64,000 bases of DNA from a virus. Under the pieces are notes generated by a model, which saw only the letters and a list, made by a program, of their open reading frames with translations, was not told where the DNA came from and did not search any database. Below, piece after piece: positions 61,553-64,000 of this stretch. The stretch is taken from the IMG/VR virus record IMGVR_UViG_3300005253_000015, positions 1 through 64,000 of that record; one strand, 5' to 3'. A program made the translations under genes and the position numbers. Each line of letters starts with the position of its first letter. The stretch's first letter is position 1.

Positions 61553-64000
61553 AACAGCATTCTTACTGGGAGCGATTGTAGTCACCCCATTCCAAGAGGC
61601 AGCATAAGCAGTATTAGAAGGAGCAGTATGTAGAGCAGTAACTTGTGCTGCTGTTAAGTGTTGTTCATTAACATTTCCATTGGGAAGTGTAATACTATCG
61701 TGTGTTAAATCTCCCCCTACAGTAGCAGCATGGTCTCTTGCCGCAATATCAACTCCGTCTACAGTTCCACTAACAGTTATATTACCAGTTATATCTAGAC
61801 TTGCTACTCCAGCACCACTATTATTAATCGAAAAAACAGTAGCACCAGCATTCACCATGTCTATAGATATACTCCCAGTAGTTGCAAAAGCAAAAGCTCC
61901 ACCATTGCTATTAATACCATCAAATTGTAATGTATCTCCATCATGAACATGAGCTACGGGGGCTGGTTGTGCTTGAAAGCTTGGGGCTGCTGCGACACCA
62001 TTCCCAATCAGTATTGTTGCTGCTGCTCCAGTCGCTATTTCAGTCATAACACCAGCTCCATTAGTACAATATACCTTCCAATTATTAACTGCTGTAGGCA
62101 TATTTGTGATACTAAGAGCAGATACATCAACGCCATCAACAGTCTCAGCTCCAGCCATCGTAATATTAACGCCATTCATTTGTAGACCACCTGTTATTAC
62201 TAAGGCATTAGCTTCTATATAAGCATGTGCCTCTGCGTCAGTATATTTTTGACCAAAAGCCATAGCATCTTGAGCCGCAGAACCATTACCAAGACCAGTT
62301 ATTTTAGAAGTTCCCATAACGATTGGAATACCCATTGTTAATTCAGTGGCAGTCATAGTCATTTTAGCAGAATTATTAATTCTAAAAACAACACTTTGAC
62401 CAGTAGCAGCATTCAATAAAGTAAGTCCAGTAGCATTTTGTGCTAAAGCATAATTAGTTCCAGATAACATATCTCTATGACTAAAAACCATCCAATCAGC
62501 AGTCGTACTTCCTAATGCTGCTCTTCCAAAAGTAAAGGTTAAATCCTCATCGGCAGAAGTAATAACTTGAGTGCCGTGAAGGGTCATACCAGCCGAGTTG
62601 ATTAGCGGAGTGTAATTATCCCCGACAGTATAATTAGGGTCTTCCTTCTCTCCATAAGCATCTAAATAAAAATAATCAGTAGAATCTCCAAAACATTTAA
62701 TATGTATTCTATTTACACCAGAAACCATATTATCATCAGTAGAGACATTATTGGCTTCTAATACATCATTTACATATATATCTTGAGTGTTATCTGCTCT
62801 CCATACTAACTGAACATGATATAAAATATTATTTGAAACAACAATAAGAGCAACCCACGCAGCTCCGTTATAATAATCCATACTACTTGCTGTTATACGG
62901 AGGCGATTTATATAACCGACGCCTCCTTCAAAAGTATAAAACTCCCAATATTTTGTTACATCATTAGTTCCAATCCAGAATTCATGAGTTCCACTTGTAG
63001 CCTGAGTTATGCTATGATATATGGTTGGATCTTCTCCTCCAGTAGCATCATCTTGTAATCGTAATACTTTTTTATGACCTTGCCATTCATCAACAATAAT
63101 ACATTCTCCATCATAGAGAGTTGCTGCATCTATAAATGGTATATCTGTACCTTCCGTACCTACAGGCACATCCTTAAAATTATATGTAGCCCAGAATATT
63201 CCAGCTTCAATCCCACCTTTTATATTTCCTATGCTCTTTATATCGTTTCCATCCATAACAATATTGCCACTCATCTGTCCGCCAGTAAGGGGTAGCATTA
63301 AGTCTGCATATTCCTTTACTGTAGTATTTGTAGGAACTTTTACATCACTGTTAGCTAATGCGGCAATATCGCCCAACGTAGTTATAGTAGCCCCAGTACC
63401 TATTTTTATACTTGATTTAACGGTTAATATTCCACCTGTGGTAAGACTCATAGCACCATCATTTTGGGCATCATCAGAATCTCTCCAAACAAATCCTCTA
63501 TCAGCATCAGGGTTCATAGTAAAGGTCATAGCCCAGTCATTAAGTCCTCCATAGGTCATAGCACTATGCATACCAATAGTATAAACACTCAAATTATATA
63601 CTCTAAGTTTGTCGTAATCTGATTCGGCTCGAGTTGATATTCTATTAACATTGTTGATATCATAAAAACCCATATCAATATCACCATTCATAGTATCCCC
63701 AACAAGTTTAAGATAAACATCTGCTGCCGCTATTGCTGCAACAGCTTCAGCATCTGTATAGACTGCATGAAGTGCAGCCACTTGAGCAGCAGAAATATGT
63801 TCATAGACAGTACCAGCATTTATATTAGCTAAGTCATTATGATTTAAATCTCCTGCTACTGTCGCAGTATGATGTGCAGTAGCAACCCCTGTATGAGTGG
63901 ATATTAAAGCATCTATTGCAATATCAATAGTACCAGCGGGATTAGTATTTTGCACAACAATTCTTGCATCTACTTCTGCATCAGTGTATTTAGCATGATG
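61514..64000 (-). CDS. long fibre/spike protein (5'-truncated by the window edge)
   Basis: The frame stays open to the window end; YTDAEA, G.M.G.I.M and TVDGVD fibre repeats; same C-terminal peptide as 50406..53867. Confidence 0.75.
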   Translation of the reverse strand, partial: HHAKYTDAEVDARIVVQNTNPAGTIDIAIDALISTHTGVATAHHTATVAGDLNHNDLANINAGTVYEHISAAQVAALHAVYTDAEAVAAIAAADVYLKLVGDTMNGDIDMGFYDINNVNRISTRAESDYDKLRVYNLSVYTIGMHSAMTYGGLNDWAMTFTMNPDADRGFVWRDSDDAQNDGAMSLTTGGILTVKSSIKIGTGATITTLGDIAALANSDVKVPTNTTVKEYADLMLPLTGGQMSGNIVMDGNDIKSIGNIKGGIEAGIFWATYNFKDVPVGTEGTDIPFIDAATLYDGECIIVDEWQGHKKVLRLQDDATGGEDPTIYHSITQATSGTHEFWIGTNDVTKYWEFYTFEGGVGYINRLRITASSMDYYNGAAWVALIVVSNNILYHVQLVWRADNTQDIYVNDVLEANNVSTDDNMVSGVNRIHIKCFGDSTDYFYLDAYGEKEDPNYTVGDNYTPLINSAGMTLHGTQVITSADEDLTFTFGRAALGSTTADWMVFSHRDMLSGTNYALAQNATGLTLLNAATGQSVVFRINNSAKMTMTATELTMGIPIVMGTSKITGLGNGSAAQDAMAFGQKYTDAEAHAYIEANALVITGGLQMNGVNITMAGAETVDGVDVSALSITNMPTAVNNWKVYCTNGAGVMTEIATGAAATILIGNGVAAAPSFQAQPAPVAHVHDGDTLQFDGINSNGGAFAFATTGSISIDMVNAGATVFSINNSGAGVASLDITGNITVSGTVDGVDIAARDHAATVGGDLTHDSITLPNGNVNEQHLTAAQVTALHTAPSNTAYAASWNGVTTIAPSKNAVYDKIQALIAVWG

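Overview
This is a 64-kb, AT-rich segment of a large archaeal virus or virus-like element. The archaeal origin is supported by TATA/BRE promoters about 25 nt before leaderless ATGs, (A)GGTGA ribosome-binding sites and oligo-T terminators. The host is probably a Lokiarchaeia (Asgard) archaeon, inferred from a gene of a family I recognise as expanded in Lokiarchaeia. The left arm (1-17.2 kb, minus strand) holds small accessory genes, a Ycf46-like AAA/DUF1257/DUF2997 cluster and the standout locus. That locus is a ParB-like gene coupled to a nuclease-less Nop-domain protein, followed by a perfectly periodic 36-nt dual-repeat/dual-spacer guide array of 31 units, i.e. a TIGR-Tas (TasA-type) RNA-guided system. 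The middle contains an AT-rich strand-switch region, ART-fold proteins, HMG-box-like Cys-paired basic proteins with a thioredoxin, a clan-CD protease-like gene, three HNH endonucleases and a gene apparently split by a 29-nt BHB-like intron. The right arm is a virion module with paralogous beta-rich capsid-like proteins and beta-helix spikes. It also carries a radical-SAM/Cys-rich-protein cassette inside a 7.5-kb segment bounded by a 90-bp inverted repeat. No terminase, portal, HK97 capsid, polymerase or tRNA was recognised. All protein calls come from motif recognition by eye, not from database searches.
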